DNA from: an uncultured delta proteobacterium
Lineage (GTDB): Bacteria; Myxococcota_A; Polyangia; Fen-1088
Direction: 5' to 3'
Assembly (NCBI GenBank): GCA_963796685.1
Contig: CAWCMR010000020.1
Coordinates: forward strand, 1 to 64,000
Length of the DNA: 64,000 nt
Shown: piece after piece, positions 1 to 9,438 of the stretch
Layout of the letters: the number at the start of each line of letters is the position of its first letter
Position numbering within the stretch: the stretch's first letter is position 1
Translations under genes and position numbers: made by a program
Notes under the pieces: model-generated
The model's database searches: none
The model's input: only the letters and a program-made list of their open reading frames with translations
Told to the model about the DNA's origin: nothing

Positions 1-488
1 ACGGCGGCGACCTCGGTGAAATCCAGGCTTTGGAAGTCGATGTGCCATCGGCCATCGAAGGCCAGGCGATAGGGTCGCGACGACAGTCCCTCCAGGTTGG
101 CCAGATAGTCGAACAGCGGATAGCTGGGCTCGGGGACCAGCACGACCTGCCCGGGGCCGCCGAGCAGCTTGAAGAGCAGGGCGTAGGATTCGCTGGAGCT
201 GGCGGTGAGCAGAAGGTGGTCGACGTCGACGACGGCGCCGCGCAGGGCGTAGTCGTCGGCCACGGCGGCGCGCGCCTGGAAACCTCCGCGCGGCGAAGGC
301 CGGTAGAGCGCGGCAGCCGGATCCGCCAGGGCTTCCGTGATGGCCGTGGCCGGGTAGGGCAGCTCGGCCTGGGTGGGATTGGAAAGGGTCAGGTCGAGGA
401 GGGGAAGGCCGCTTGCCCGGCGTGCGGCCTCGGCTCGGGCCAGGAGGTTTTCCTGCGCGCCCCAGGCAAGCCGGCGCGAGAACCTCAC
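1..488 (-). CDS. PLP-dependent aminotransferase class I/II (partial, runs off window start)
   Basis: Manual translation from GTG 488: MRFSRRL...LLDLTLSNPT...LLLTASSSESYALLFKLL...VLVPEPSYPLFDYL. Absent from the ORF track because it has no stop inside the window. Confidence 0.8.
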   Translation of the reverse strand, partial: MRFSRRLAWGAQENLLARAEAARRASGLPLLDLTLSNPTQAELPYPATAITEALADPAAALYRPSPRGGFQARAAVADDYALRGAVVDVDHLLLTASSSESYALLFKLLGGPGQVVLVPEPSYPLFDYLANLEGLSSRPYRLAFDGRWHIDFQSLDFTEVAA

Positions 489-496
489 CGGAGGGT

Positions 497-1265
497 TCAC
501 AGCAAACCCAATCTTCGGGCGCACGAACCCCTCGAGCCCGTTGGCCAGGCGCACGCGCACCCAGTCTTGATTGCGATCCAGCACGCGCACGCGAAGCCCG
601 CCGTGCATCTTGAAGCTGGTGCGGAAGGTGCTGTCGGCGCCTTCCTTCACGGCCACCGTGTCGGGCAGGACGATGGCGAAGGGGACGCGGTCGAGGTTCA
701 TGCGGCCGAGCATGAGCGCGCCGGCAAGCAGCGACGCCGTGCCCAGGACCGCGGCGGCGGTGCTGACCGCCAGCCGAGAATCCTCGGCCATGCGTCGCCG
801 GATGAAGAGCAACGCAAAGCACCCGAGGTAAAGGCCGCAGAAGAGCCAGACCTCCGTCGACGGACTGAAGAAGGTCACGATGCGGGTCCACGGGGGCTCG
901 CGTTCGGCGCCCTCCAGCTTGTCGTGGGTGCGCTGGTCGGCCAACTTGCGCACCTGGGTCAGATTGAAGCGTGCGTCTTCGTCGTCGGGCGCGACCACCA
1001 GCGCGCGCTCGAAGGCCCAGATGGCGTGGCCAAGTTGTCCCAGGCGGAAATAGGTCACCCCGAGGTTGTAGTAGAGATCGGCCGAAACCACGTGCTGCTT
1101 GTCGAGCTGCTCGTAGGCTGCCGCGGCCGCCGCGTAGTCGCCGCGCAGGTAGGCCTCGTTGCCGCGCTTCCAGGCCTGGTCGAGGAAGTCGGCACGCGCA
1201 TGGGGCGCGAACGCGGCAAGCGCGGCGCAGAACACGGCGGCGCTGGCAGCGCGGCGCAAGCTCAT
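497..1265 (-). CDS. batE: BatE-like TPR + TM + SH3b protein
   Basis: Manual translation from ATG 1265: signal peptide, TPR (GNEAYLRGDY..A...YE; LYYNLGVTYFRLG..GHAIWAFERAL), TM helices, SH3b (GLRVRVLDRNQDWVRVRLANGLEGFV). As sequenced it reads through into the aminotransferase. The likely true stop TGA at 497-499 needs two homopolymer corrections. Confidence 0.75.
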
Positions 1266-3172
1266 GCCGGCCCTCCCGCGCCCGAGGGCAGCTTTTCGAA
1301 GGCCTCGATGATCTCGCTGGCGCGGTCGATGGTCCGGCTGGCCTCTTCGGGATTGAGACTTCCGGGCGCGAAGCGGGCGCGGTCGCAGGTGTCGAGCACC
1401 GAAACCGCGCTCTCCGTCAGGCCCTGGGCAGCGCCGAGGCCGGCCAAAGCCTTACGCAGCTCTTCGCGCGACATGCCCGCCATCGGCCGGCCGATCTTTC
1501 CCGTGAGGAACTCGCTCAGCACGCGCTCGATCTCGCCCAGCGAGGAAGCCAGGTGACCTTCGTGCAGATGGGCGGTGGCGGTGCGCAGCCGGCGATTGGC
1601 CGAGCGCCGCATTTTGCGCCGTCGCTTGCCCTCGGTCTCCTGTCCCAGGCGAGCGCGCGCCAGGCCGAACAGGCCGACCAAACCCAGGAGCAGAGGGGGC
1701 GCAACGGCCACGCCGAGCAGGGTCGGCGAGTGGTAGAGCGCGGAGCCGAGGTCGCGGCGCAGGGAGGGACGGCTGCGCAAGGGGCGCACATCGATGGACA
1801 GCAGGTTCTCGCTGCCCGAGGCGGCCGGCGCGGTCACCGTCGCTTGCGCCGGCGCCCCTTGGGTGGAAGCGGCCTCTCCCGTGACCACGAGATGAATGGG
1901 CTCGGTCTTCACCGTGGCATAGGCGGCTTTGTGCGGATCGAAATAGCTGAACGAGAAAGCGGGCAGGGTGGTCTCGCCCGGCTTTTCCGGCAGAAGCAGG
2001 TACTCGGCGGTCTTGCTGCCGCCGACGATGTCACCGCCGTTCATTTGCACGTTCACCTTGGGCTCGTAGATCTTCCAGCCGTCGAGGCGGGGCATGGCGG
2101 GCAGCCCGATCTTGCGCAGGTTGCCTTGGCCATCGATGCGTAGCTTGAGCGTGATGGCCTCGCCGACTTGGACGTGGTCGCGGTCGACCTCGGCGGCAAT
2201 CGAGAAACGTCCGACCGCCGAGGGATCGAACCCCACGGGCGCGCCCGCAGGCAACGGCACGATCTCGAGGGTGACGGGATCGGCCTTGAGATGCTCGCTC
2301 TTCACGGTAGAGCCGAAGAAATCCACGCGCGAGATGTCGGCTTCGAGCGGGGTGATGGTGTATTTGCCGGGTTTGAGGCCGAACAGGGCCTTGCGCAGAA
2401 GCGGCGCGGTGAGGTACACGCGACCTTCGAGGACCTGCTCGGACAGGCTGAGCCCGCCGCGGTTCTGCGGCACCTCCAGATCCTCGACCCAGAAGCCGTC
2501 CGCGCGTGGCTCCTTGGTGGGGGCGTAGTTGTTCTGGCGCTCGGTCAGGTACAGCTGCCACTCTACCGTGATCTGTTCGCCGACGAACGCCTTGGTCTTG
2601 CTCGGCACCACGCGCAGAAAGTTGCGTCGGCCGGCCGGCTTGGCGGATTCGGGCGCGGGCGCGGGCTCGGGCTCGGGCTCGAGATCCGGGAAGAAGAAGT
2701 TGGCGCCAGGGAAACCGGGGACGCCGTGCGGAAGTTGTCGCTGCTGGGGCGCCGGCTGCGCCTGTCCGCTGTCGACCACCGCGACGGTGACCTTGTCGGT
2801 GCGCATCTCCTGGCCGCCGACGCGCACGCTGGCCGGCGCGATGGCCAGCTTGCCTTTCTGAAGCGCGATCAGCTCGTAATGCCAGGTGTAGACCTGGCGC
2901 ATGAACCCGCCACCGCCTCCCATCTGGATCTGGGTGGACTGGCTGGGCTGCTGGGCCACGATGCGAAAACCGCGAAAATCGGGCGGCCGATAGCTCTCCA
3001 TGCGTGCGTTGTCGAGGGAAAGCGTGACATCGAACGGAAAGGTTTCTCCGACGCCAACCGGGTTGCGGCCAGCGCGCGCCGTGAACGACGTGCCCTGGCC
3101 CAAGGCCGTGGCGGCGAAGAGCAGGGTGCCGGCTGCAAGAAAAAGGGAAGGGGCGCGCATGGCTGGCTTCAC
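1262..3172 (-). CDS. batD: BatD family protein
   Basis: 636 aa: signal peptide, repeated Ig-like BatD segments (VGE.F...V; VGE.ITL...I.G.GNL), C-terminal TM. Lies between batB/C and batE. Confidence 0.88.
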   Translation of the reverse strand: MKPAMRAPSLFLAAGTLLFAATALGQGTSFTARAGRNPVGVGETFPFDVTLSLDNARMESYRPPDFRGFRIVAQQPSQSTQIQMGGGGGFMRQVYTWHYELIALQKGKLAIAPASVRVGGQEMRTDKVTVAVVDSGQAQPAPQQRQLPHGVPGFPGANFFFPDLEPEPEPAPAPESAKPAGRRNFLRVVPSKTKAFVGEQITVEWQLYLTERQNNYAPTKEPRADGFWVEDLEVPQNRGGLSLSEQVLEGRVYLTAPLLRKALFGLKPGKYTITPLEADISRVDFFGSTVKSEHLKADPVTLEIVPLPAGAPVGFDPSAVGRFSIAAEVDRDHVQVGEAITLKLRIDGQGNLRKIGLPAMPRLDGWKIYEPKVNVQMNGGDIVGGSKTAEYLLLPEKPGETTLPAFSFSYFDPHKAAYATVKTEPIHLVVTGEAASTQGAPAQATVTAPAASGSENLLSIDVRPLRSRPSLRRDLGSALYHSPTLLGVAVAPPLLLGLVGLFGLARARLGQETEGKRRRKMRRSANRRLRTATAHLHEGHLASSLGEIERVLSEFLTGKIGRPMAGMSREELRKALAGLGAAQGLTESAVSVLDTCDRARFAPGSLNPEEASRTIDRASEIIEAFEKLPSGAGGPA

Positions 3173-3184
3173 TCGGCCTCTCGT

Positions 3185-5050
3185 CTACCAGTCTTTGGCC
3201 GGCGGCGCACGGCGAACGGCGCGCAGCCGCGCGCGCATCTTCTCGAGATCCTTCGGGCTGTGTTCCAGATTGTCGAGCACGGCATCGATCTCGCGCATAT
3301 CGGGCGCCTTGTCATCTTTGGCGGGCGGAGGCTGGGCGCCCTGGTCTTTCTTCTCCTGCTGCTTCTCCTGCTCCTGCTGCTGCTTCTCCTGCTGCTGCTG
3401 ATCCTTCTTCTCGTCTTTGTTCTGATCTTGCTTGTCCTTGTCTTGGTCTTTCTTATCGTCTTTGTTCTGGTCTTTCTTGTCGTCTTTGTTCTGGTCCTTC
3501 TTGTCGTCCTTGTTCTGGTCTTGCTTGTTCTTGTCTTCCTCCTTCTTCTTTTGCAGGGCCAGCTCCAGGTTCCACTTGGCGCGGCCATTCGACGGGTCCA
3601 GCGCCAGCGCGTGGCGGTAGGCCGCGATGGCCTCGGAATACTTGTCGTTCTTGAAGTAGCTGTTGGCCAGGTTATAGAAGGCGGAGGCCTTGAGGCCCGG
3701 GTCGCCGGCCTGGGTGGCGCGCAAGAACTCGGCCGAGGCCTCCTCGAACCGCGACAAGGCGAATAGGGCATTGCCACGATTGAAGTGTGCCCCGGGATCG
3801 CCCGGCAGCTCGGCGACGGCCTTGTCGTAGGCGGCCAGCGCCTCTTCGGCCTTGCCGCCCTTCATGCTGGCGTTGCCGCTGTCGACCGCGCGGTTGTTGC
3901 GTTCCAGCGGATTCCACGCGCCGAGGAAGGGCACGAGGAGCAGCAGCACCACCGCGGCGCTAGCGCCACGGCTCTTCCTGTCCTCCTTGCCTTCTTGCTT
4001 TTCCTCATGCCGGTCGGCCGGTTCGTTCGCCGGCTTGCGCGCGCGTCGCCGCTCGCCCATGCAGGCTTCGACGAGAAGGAAGAGCAAGGCCGGCAGCAAC
4101 AAGTACTCGAAGATCTCGTCATATTGCTTGACCAAGCGGGTGTCGCTTTCCGTGCGCTTGAGCCCGGCCAGCGCGGCTTCGATGGCATCGACGCCGAAGT
4201 GCTGCGCGTCGGCCCGCAGATAGCCTCCGCCGGTCTTGGCCGCGATCTTGGAAAGCAGATCCTCGTCGAGCCGCGAGGTGACGTACTTGCCGTCCTTGTC
4301 CTTGAGGTAGCCCGCGGCCTGGTCGTTTTCGCCCAGCTCGGGTACGAGCTCGCCCGAGCGCGAGCCGATGCCCACGGCGAATACCTTGATGCCGAGCTTG
4401 GCCGCCTGATCGGCCGCTTCCAGGGGCTCGCTTTCGGTGTCTTCCCCGTCGGTGAGCAGCAGGATGACCTGGTCGCGCGTCTCGCCGCCGCTTTGGCGCA
4501 AGCGCGACAGCATGTCGATGCCGCTCATGAGGGCGCGGCCGATGGCGGTACCGCCGACCGGCATGTCCGAGGGTGAGAGATCGCGCCAGAACAACTTCAG
4601 CGCGTCGTAGTCGGTGGTGGGCGGGTAGGTCAGGGTTTCGCCCGCGAAGGCGACCAGCCCCACGCGGTCGCCCGCCAGGTGGTCCATCAGGCTCTCGAGC
4701 TCGCGCTTGGCCCGCTCGAGGCGCGACGGGTAGATGTCCTTGGCCAGCATCGACTTGGAGAAATCCAGCGCGACGATGAGGTCGAGGCCGCGCTGCTTTT
4801 CCAGGTGCGCACGGCCGCCCGCCTGCGGCCTGGCCAGGGCCAGACCCATGAGTCCGAGGGTCAGACACAAGAGCGCCGCGCGGACCACCTTGCGCGGCAC
4901 CGAGGTGACGCCCGCCATGCGTGCGATGAGGGTGGGATTGCCGAGACGCCCGAGCGCGCGCTGCCGCGCCGCGAACGCGATGCCATAGGCCAGCACCGCG
5001 ATGGGCACGAGCAGGAGCAACCACAGCAGGTGGGGATGGGCCAGTCTCAT
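3185..5050 (-). CDS. batB: BatB-BatC fusion: VWA domain + TPR + low-complexity K/D/Q tail
   Basis: N-terminal BatA-type TM, MIDAS DFSKSM...LLTDGED, TPRs (HFNRGNALF; FYNLANSYF), KDDKKDQN repeats, C-terminal KDW typical of BatC. Confidence 0.88.
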   Translation of the reverse strand: MRLAHPHLLWLLLLVPIAVLAYGIAFAARQRALGRLGNPTLIARMAGVTSVPRKVVRAALLCLTLGLMGLALARPQAGGRAHLEKQRGLDLIVALDFSKSMLAKDIYPSRLERAKRELESLMDHLAGDRVGLVAFAGETLTYPPTTDYDALKLFWRDLSPSDMPVGGTAIGRALMSGIDMLSRLRQSGGETRDQVILLLTDGEDTESEPLEAADQAAKLGIKVFAVGIGSRSGELVPELGENDQAAGYLKDKDGKYVTSRLDEDLLSKIAAKTGGGYLRADAQHFGVDAIEAALAGLKRTESDTRLVKQYDEIFEYLLLPALLFLLVEACMGERRRARKPANEPADRHEEKQEGKEDRKSRGASAAVVLLLLVPFLGAWNPLERNNRAVDSGNASMKGGKAEEALAAYDKAVAELPGDPGAHFNRGNALFALSRFEEASAEFLRATQAGDPGLKASAFYNLANSYFKNDKYSEAIAAYRHALALDPSNGRAKWNLELALQKKKEEDKNKQDQNKDDKKDQNKDDKKDQNKDDKKDQDKDKQDQNKDEKKDQQQQEKQQQEQEKQQEKKDQGAQPPPAKDDKAPDMREIDAVLDNLEHSPKDLEKMRARLRAVRRAPPAKDW

Positions 5051-6114
5051 GGCAACCTCCGCATGCGGCTAAGGCGCAGGAGCATCTCCAGCACCAGCAC
5101 GGCGAGAGCCGGCCACAGGAAGCTGGGATAGAGCTCGGCCCACAGCACGCCCCGATCCTTGATGCGCGACTTTTCCAGATCCTCGAGGATGCTCTGGAAG
5201 CGTTTGACCAGGGCGCCGGTGTCCGTGGCCAGGTAGGGCGAGCCGCCGGTCATGGAGGCGATCTCCTCCAGCAGCTTGGGATTCACGGGATAACGCTGGC
5301 CTCCCCCTTGCGCGTCGTCGTCCTCGGCCACGCTGTTACGTGAGCCGGCCAGGATGGTGTATATCTTCACGCCCAGTTTCTGCGCGAAGGTGGCGGCTTG
5401 GATGGGCGAGATGTTGCCCGCGTTGTTGTCCCCGTCGGTGAGCAGGATGATGACCTTCGAGCGCGCCTCGGATTTGCGCAGCCTGGCCAGGGCCACGCCG
5501 AGCCCGTTGCCGATGGCGGTGCCGCGGCCGTCGACGATGCCCGAGCGCAGGTCGGCCACCATGCGCAGGAGCGTGCCGTGGTCGAGGGTGAGCGGCGCGT
5601 AGGTGTAGGCCTCGCGTCCAAAGATGACGAGCCCGATGCGGTCGCTCGGCCGGCGGCGCACGAAGTCCGCGATGACGGCCTTGGCCGCTTCGAGGCGATT
5701 GGGCTGAAGGTCGCGCTCTTCCATCGAGCCGGACATGTCGAGGGCGACGACGATGTCGATCCCCTCCAGCTCCAGGTTGTCCTCGCGCGACGAGGTCTGC
5801 GGCCGCGCCAGGGCCAGGCCGAGCAGGGCGATGCCGAACAGGCGCAGCGCCACGGGCAAGTCGCGCAGGCGGGACACCAGGCCGACCCGCTGCGCGCCGA
5901 GCTCGCTGGCCCGCGAGTGCACGAGGAACGCGGGGCGCGCGCGACGGACGCCGAGCCAGAGGGCGAGCACGAGCAGGATGGGCAAAGCGGCGAGGAGGAG
6001 GGGATGGCCGAAGCGGAAGGTGATGAGGCTGCGGAACATCCACCCGTAGACGAGCGCGGTCGGGAGGAACAGGACGGCCAGCATCCGGTAGGGGATCTTT
6101 CCGCGCGCCGACAT
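5047..6114 (-). CDS. batA: BatA VWA domain protein
   Basis: ALARPQ, DIVVALDMSGSM, DRIGLVIFG, GTAIGNGL, ILLTDGDNNAG. Start placed at ATG 6114 because the longer ORF extends through a palindromic insert. Confidence 0.88.
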   Translation of the reverse strand: MSARGKIPYRMLAVLFLPTALVYGWMFRSLITFRFGHPLLLAALPILLVLALWLGVRRARPAFLVHSRASELGAQRVGLVSRLRDLPVALRLFGIALLGLALARPQTSSREDNLELEGIDIVVALDMSGSMEERDLQPNRLEAAKAVIADFVRRRPSDRIGLVIFGREAYTYAPLTLDHGTLLRMVADLRSGIVDGRGTAIGNGLGVALARLRKSEARSKVIILLTDGDNNAGNISPIQAATFAQKLGVKIYTILAGSRNSVAEDDDAQGGGQRYPVNPKLLEEIASMTGGSPYLATDTGALVKRFQSILEDLEKSRIKDRGVLWAELYPSFLWPALAVLVLEMLLRLSRMRRLP

Positions 6115-6124
6115 GCTCGGGCCG

Positions 6125-6287
6125 GCAGCCCGTGGTGAAAGTCTCCGCGTCGCCGTTCGGGCGGATTCTGGGCCGTCTGCGGCGTCGCCGCTCGCTTGAA
6201 TACCTCTAGTATTCGGCGCTTCGCTGCTCCTTGCATCCGGCCCGAATCCGCTCCGAACGGCTCGGTCCGACTTCCACCACGGGCTGC
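6125..6287. repeat. ~163-bp palindromic mini-element (MITE/REP-like)
   Basis: Terminal IR GCAGCCCGTGGTGAAAGTC / GACTTCCACCACGGGCTGC (18/19). Internal IR CCGTTCGGGCGGATTCTGGGCCG / CGGCCCGAATCCGCTCCGAACGG. Central GAATAC-N5-GTATTC. Confidence 0.75.
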
Positions 6288-7261
6288 TAGCCACGGGCGG
6301 CCTCCACGGCTGCGGGTGGCGGTGCTTCCACGTGCGGGCGCGTGGACGCGACCATGCGAATGGCGGTTTCCAGCGCCCCGCGCGCCTGCTCGGTCGAGGG
6401 CGAGACCTTGGCGAACTTCACCAGATCGCAGGACGAGAGCCACCCTTCGATCTCGGCGCCGACCACGCCGCGCGCGCTGGCGAGCGTCACCCGGCGCATG
6501 GTAGCCACCAATTCCTCGGTCGTCATCTCAAGCGAATCGAAGCCGAAGCGGCCGCCCAGGTATTCGCGGATGGCCTCGGACAGCTCGAAATAAAAGGGGC
6601 GCAGATCGCCGCCCTCGGCCAGCAGGCCGCCCAAACGGTCGAGCTTTTCCATGGCGACCTCGTGGGCCGGGCGCGGGGGCGCCTTGGGGGCGGCCGGCTT
6701 GCGCGCGCGCAGGCGGCGTCGGATCAGCAGCGCGAGGATCGCGCCGAGGCTCGCGGCCACGAGCCCGCCCGCGATGTAGACGAGGAGGTAGTCGCGTTGG
6801 CGCACGGGCAGGGAGCCGGCGTTGTCCTTGAGCTTGGGCTCGGGCTCGTTGGCGATGAGGCTGGTGATGGTGAAGGGCAGGGCCTGCGTGTGCACGCTCT
6901 TCACGCTGCCGTCCTGGCCGAAGTAGGTCAGCTCGACGGACGGGATGTCGAAGCTTCCGGGTTCGTAGGCGGCGATCCTCAGCTTGAGCTCGCGCCGCAT
7001 CTTGCCATCGCCGAGATCCTTTTCCTCCAGCGTGCGCGAGAGCTCCTGGAACTGCCCCAGGTCGAGGTTGACGGGCAAGACCACCGGCATGGTGCGCGGG
7101 CCGATCGAGGTGATGGACAGCGCGATGGCGTCGCCCACGTGGGCCTGGGACCTGTCGGTGCGCACCGCCACCGTCGGGGCATCGGCAGGCGCCGCCGGGA
7201 TGGAGGCGCCGGCGTCGATAGGCGTGGCGGCGAGCAAGGCAAGCAGGAGCGTCGGGCTCAA
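6287..7261 (-). CDS. Bat-operon membrane protein (BatD-like Ig domain + DUF4381-like TM region)
   Basis: TTG start overlaps the DUF58 stop. Motifs FYFELSEAIREYLGGRFG..SLEMTTEEL and DLVKFAK are typical of the gene between DUF58 and batA. Confidence 0.75.
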   Translation of the reverse strand: MSPTLLLALLAATPIDAGASIPAAPADAPTVAVRTDRSQAHVGDAIALSITSIGPRTMPVVLPVNLDLGQFQELSRTLEEKDLGDGKMRRELKLRIAAYEPGSFDIPSVELTYFGQDGSVKSVHTQALPFTITSLIANEPEPKLKDNAGSLPVRQRDYLLVYIAGGLVAASLGAILALLIRRRLRARKPAAPKAPPRPAHEVAMEKLDRLGGLLAEGGDLRPFYFELSEAIREYLGGRFGFDSLEMTTEELVATMRRVTLASARGVVGAEIEGWLSSCDLVKFAKVSPSTEQARGALETAIRMVASTRPHVEAPPPAAVEAARG

Positions 7262-8142
7262 TGGCGCAGCCTCCGTGCCCGCGCCTCGAAGAAGGCGGTC
7301 AGGGCGGGCAAATAGGGCCGACCGGTGGACACCGCGATGGCCTCGAGCGACAGCCGGCGAAACAGGGCCTCGCGCGCCAAACGCTGCCGCTGGCTTTCCG
7401 CGGTGAAGGCGCGCCCCTCGGGTCCCGAGGTGTCGAACACCACCAGCTCGCCGGTTTCCGGATCGAGGAGGTCCATGAGGCCGACCTTGGGTAGCTGCTC
7501 TTCCAGCGGATCGGACACCACCACCGGCACGAGATCGTGCTTGCGCGAGGCGATGCGCAGGGCGCGTTCGTAGCGTGCCTGCGGCGACAGAAAATCCGAC
7601 ACCAGAAACGCCACCGACTTGTGGTGCGCGATGTGGCCGAGGAAATCCAAGCCGACCGCCAGATCGGTGCGCAGGGAGCGCGGCGAAAACGACAGGATCT
7701 CGCTGATCACGCGCAGCACGTGCTTCTTGCCCTTCTTGGGCGGCACGAAGCGCTCGATCTCGTCGGTGAAGATGATGAGGCCCACGCGGTCGCTGTTCTT
7801 GATGGCGGAGAAGGCCAGCACCGCGGCCAGCTCGGCGGCCAGCTCGCGCTTTTCCTCCGTGGCCGAGCCGAAGCGACCCGAGGCCGACATGTCCACCAGC
7901 AAGAGCACGGTCATCTCGCGCTCTTCCACGAACAGCTTCACGTAGGGCCCGTTCATGCGCGCCGACACGTTCCAGTCGATGAGCCGGATGTCGTCGCCCG
8001 GCATGTACTGCCGAACCTCCGAAAACGCGATGCCCGCGCCCTTGAACACGGAATGGTACTGCCCCGCCATCCGGTCGCGCACCAGTCGCTCGGTGACGAT
8101 CTCGATCTTGCGAATCTTGCGCAGCAGCTCGCGGGTTAACAT
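7258..8142 (-). CDS. DUF58 family protein
   Basis: G.YHSVFKG.GI.FSEVRQY.PGDDIR.IDWNVSAR...VK.F.EERE; follows moxR. Confidence 0.92.
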   Translation of the reverse strand: MLTRELLRKIRKIEIVTERLVRDRMAGQYHSVFKGAGIAFSEVRQYMPGDDIRLIDWNVSARMNGPYVKLFVEEREMTVLLLVDMSASGRFGSATEEKRELAAELAAVLAFSAIKNSDRVGLIIFTDEIERFVPPKKGKKHVLRVISEILSFSPRSLRTDLAVGLDFLGHIAHHKSVAFLVSDFLSPQARYERALRIASRKHDLVPVVVSDPLEEQLPKVGLMDLLDPETGELVVFDTSGPEGRAFTAESQRQRLAREALFRRLSLEAIAVSTGRPYLPALTAFFEARARRLRH

Positions 8143-8168
8143 CTATTGCGAACCTCGGGATCGGAAGA

Positions 8169-8272
8169 ACCACAGAGGACACAGAGGACACAGAGACGGA
8201 AAGATACGGGTTTCCGGATCCGGACCCTTCCTTTTCCGGTCCGGACTCTGTGTCCTCTGTGTCCTCTGTGGT
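8169..8272. repeat. 27-bp perfect inverted repeat built from 9-bp units (CACAGAGGA), 50-bp loop
   Basis: ACCACAGAGGACACAGAGGACACAGAG (8169-8195) / CTCTGTGTCCTCTGTGTCCTCTGTGGT (8246-8272). Confidence 0.9.
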
Positions 8273-8313
8273 GAAACATCTGGCGATGCCTTGGCATAGG
8301 CGCGATTCCGGCT

Positions 8314-9297
8314 CTACGGCACCTCGACGTGGTCGAACAGCTTGCGTACCACTTGTTCGGCGGTGATCTCCTCGGCCTCGGCCTCGTAGGTCAGGATCAC
8401 GCGGTGGCGTAGCACGTCGGCGCCGATGGCCTTGATGTCCTCGGGGGTGACGTAGCCGCGGCGGCGCAGGAAGGCGTGGGCGCGCGCGGCCGTGTTCAAG
8501 TAGATCGAGGCGCGCGGGCTGGCGCCATACTCGATGAAGTCGGCCATGTCGGCCATGCCGTAGGACTTGGGATCGCGGGTGGCCTGCACCAGGTTGATGA
8601 TGTAGTCGCGAATCTTCTCGTCGATGTAGATCTGGTTGATGACCGAGCGCGCGTGGGTGATCTGCTCCGGCGTCGCTGCCGGATTGGCCCTGACGGCTAG
8701 GCCCGTGGTCATGCGATCCATGATGGTGCGCTCGTCTTCCTTGCTCGGGTAGCCGACCTTGACCATCAACATGAAACGGTCGAGCTGGGCCTCGGGCAGG
8801 GCGTAGGTTCCTTCCTGCTCGATGGGATTCTGCGTGGCCATGACCAGGAAGGGATCGGGCAGGGCATGGGTGGTGTCACCGATGGTCACCTGCCGTTCTT
8901 GCATGGCTTCGAGCAGCGCCGACTGCACCTTGGCCGGGGCGCGGTTGATCTCGTCGGCCAGCACCAGATTGGCGAAGATGGGGCCCTTCTTGGCGATGAA
9001 TTCGCTGCGACTCTGGTTGTAGATGACGGTGCCCACGATGTCCGCGGGCAGAAGGTCGGGCGTGAATTGCACGCGCGAGAACTTCATCGACAGCGCGTCG
9101 GCCAGGGTCTTCACGGTGAGGGTCTTGGCCAGGCCGGGCACGCCCTCCAGCAGCACGTGGCCGCCGGTCAGCAAGCCGATAAGGATGCGGTCGACCATGG
9201 GCTTCTGACCCACGATGACCTTGCCCACCTCGGCGGACAGATTGTCCACGAAGGCCGACTGCTCCTGAACCATTTCGTTGATAACGCGAACGTCCAT
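8314..9297 (-). CDS. moxR: MoxR family AAA+ ATPase
   Basis: [67 protein letters not shown]. Confidence 0.95.
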   Translation of the reverse strand: MDVRVINEMVQEQSAFVDNLSAEVGKVIVGQKPMVDRILIGLLTGGHVLLEGVPGLAKTLTVKTLADALSMKFSRVQFTPDLLPADIVGTVIYNQSRSEFIAKKGPIFANLVLADEINRAPAKVQSALLEAMQERQVTIGDTTHALPDPFLVMATQNPIEQEGTYALPEAQLDRFMLMVKVGYPSKEDERTIMDRMTTGLAVRANPAATPEQITHARSVINQIYIDEKIRDYIINLVQATRDPKSYGMADMADFIEYGASPRASIYLNTAARAHAFLRRRGYVTPEDIKAIGADVLRHRVILTYEAEAEEITAEQVVRKLFDHVEVP

Positions 9298-9438
9298 CTG
9301 ATCTCCTCTAGGGGGCGTAGGAAACGATAAAGCGGGCGCCCTTACAACCTCAACTTGCGCTGTCGTATTCCCGTCCGCCCGCGCAAAGGAACGAGTTTGG
9401 TAGGCATTCCCCCGACTTTCACATTATCTTTGCGGTCC

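Noticed and set aside
1-1265. Novel BatE-aminotransferase fusion
   Set aside because: It is in frame as sequenced, but two homopolymer corrections give a normal RPEDLGLL-stop end, and an exported SH3 domain fused to a cytoplasmic PLP enzyme is implausible.
3340-3545. 24-nt and 15-nt tandem repeats
   Set aside because: They encode the ordinary low-complexity BatC tail (KDDKKDQN, QQQEK).
6287-8191. 634-aa ORF
   Set aside because: The N-terminal half is a shadow frame of DUF58; the real gene starts at TTG 7261.
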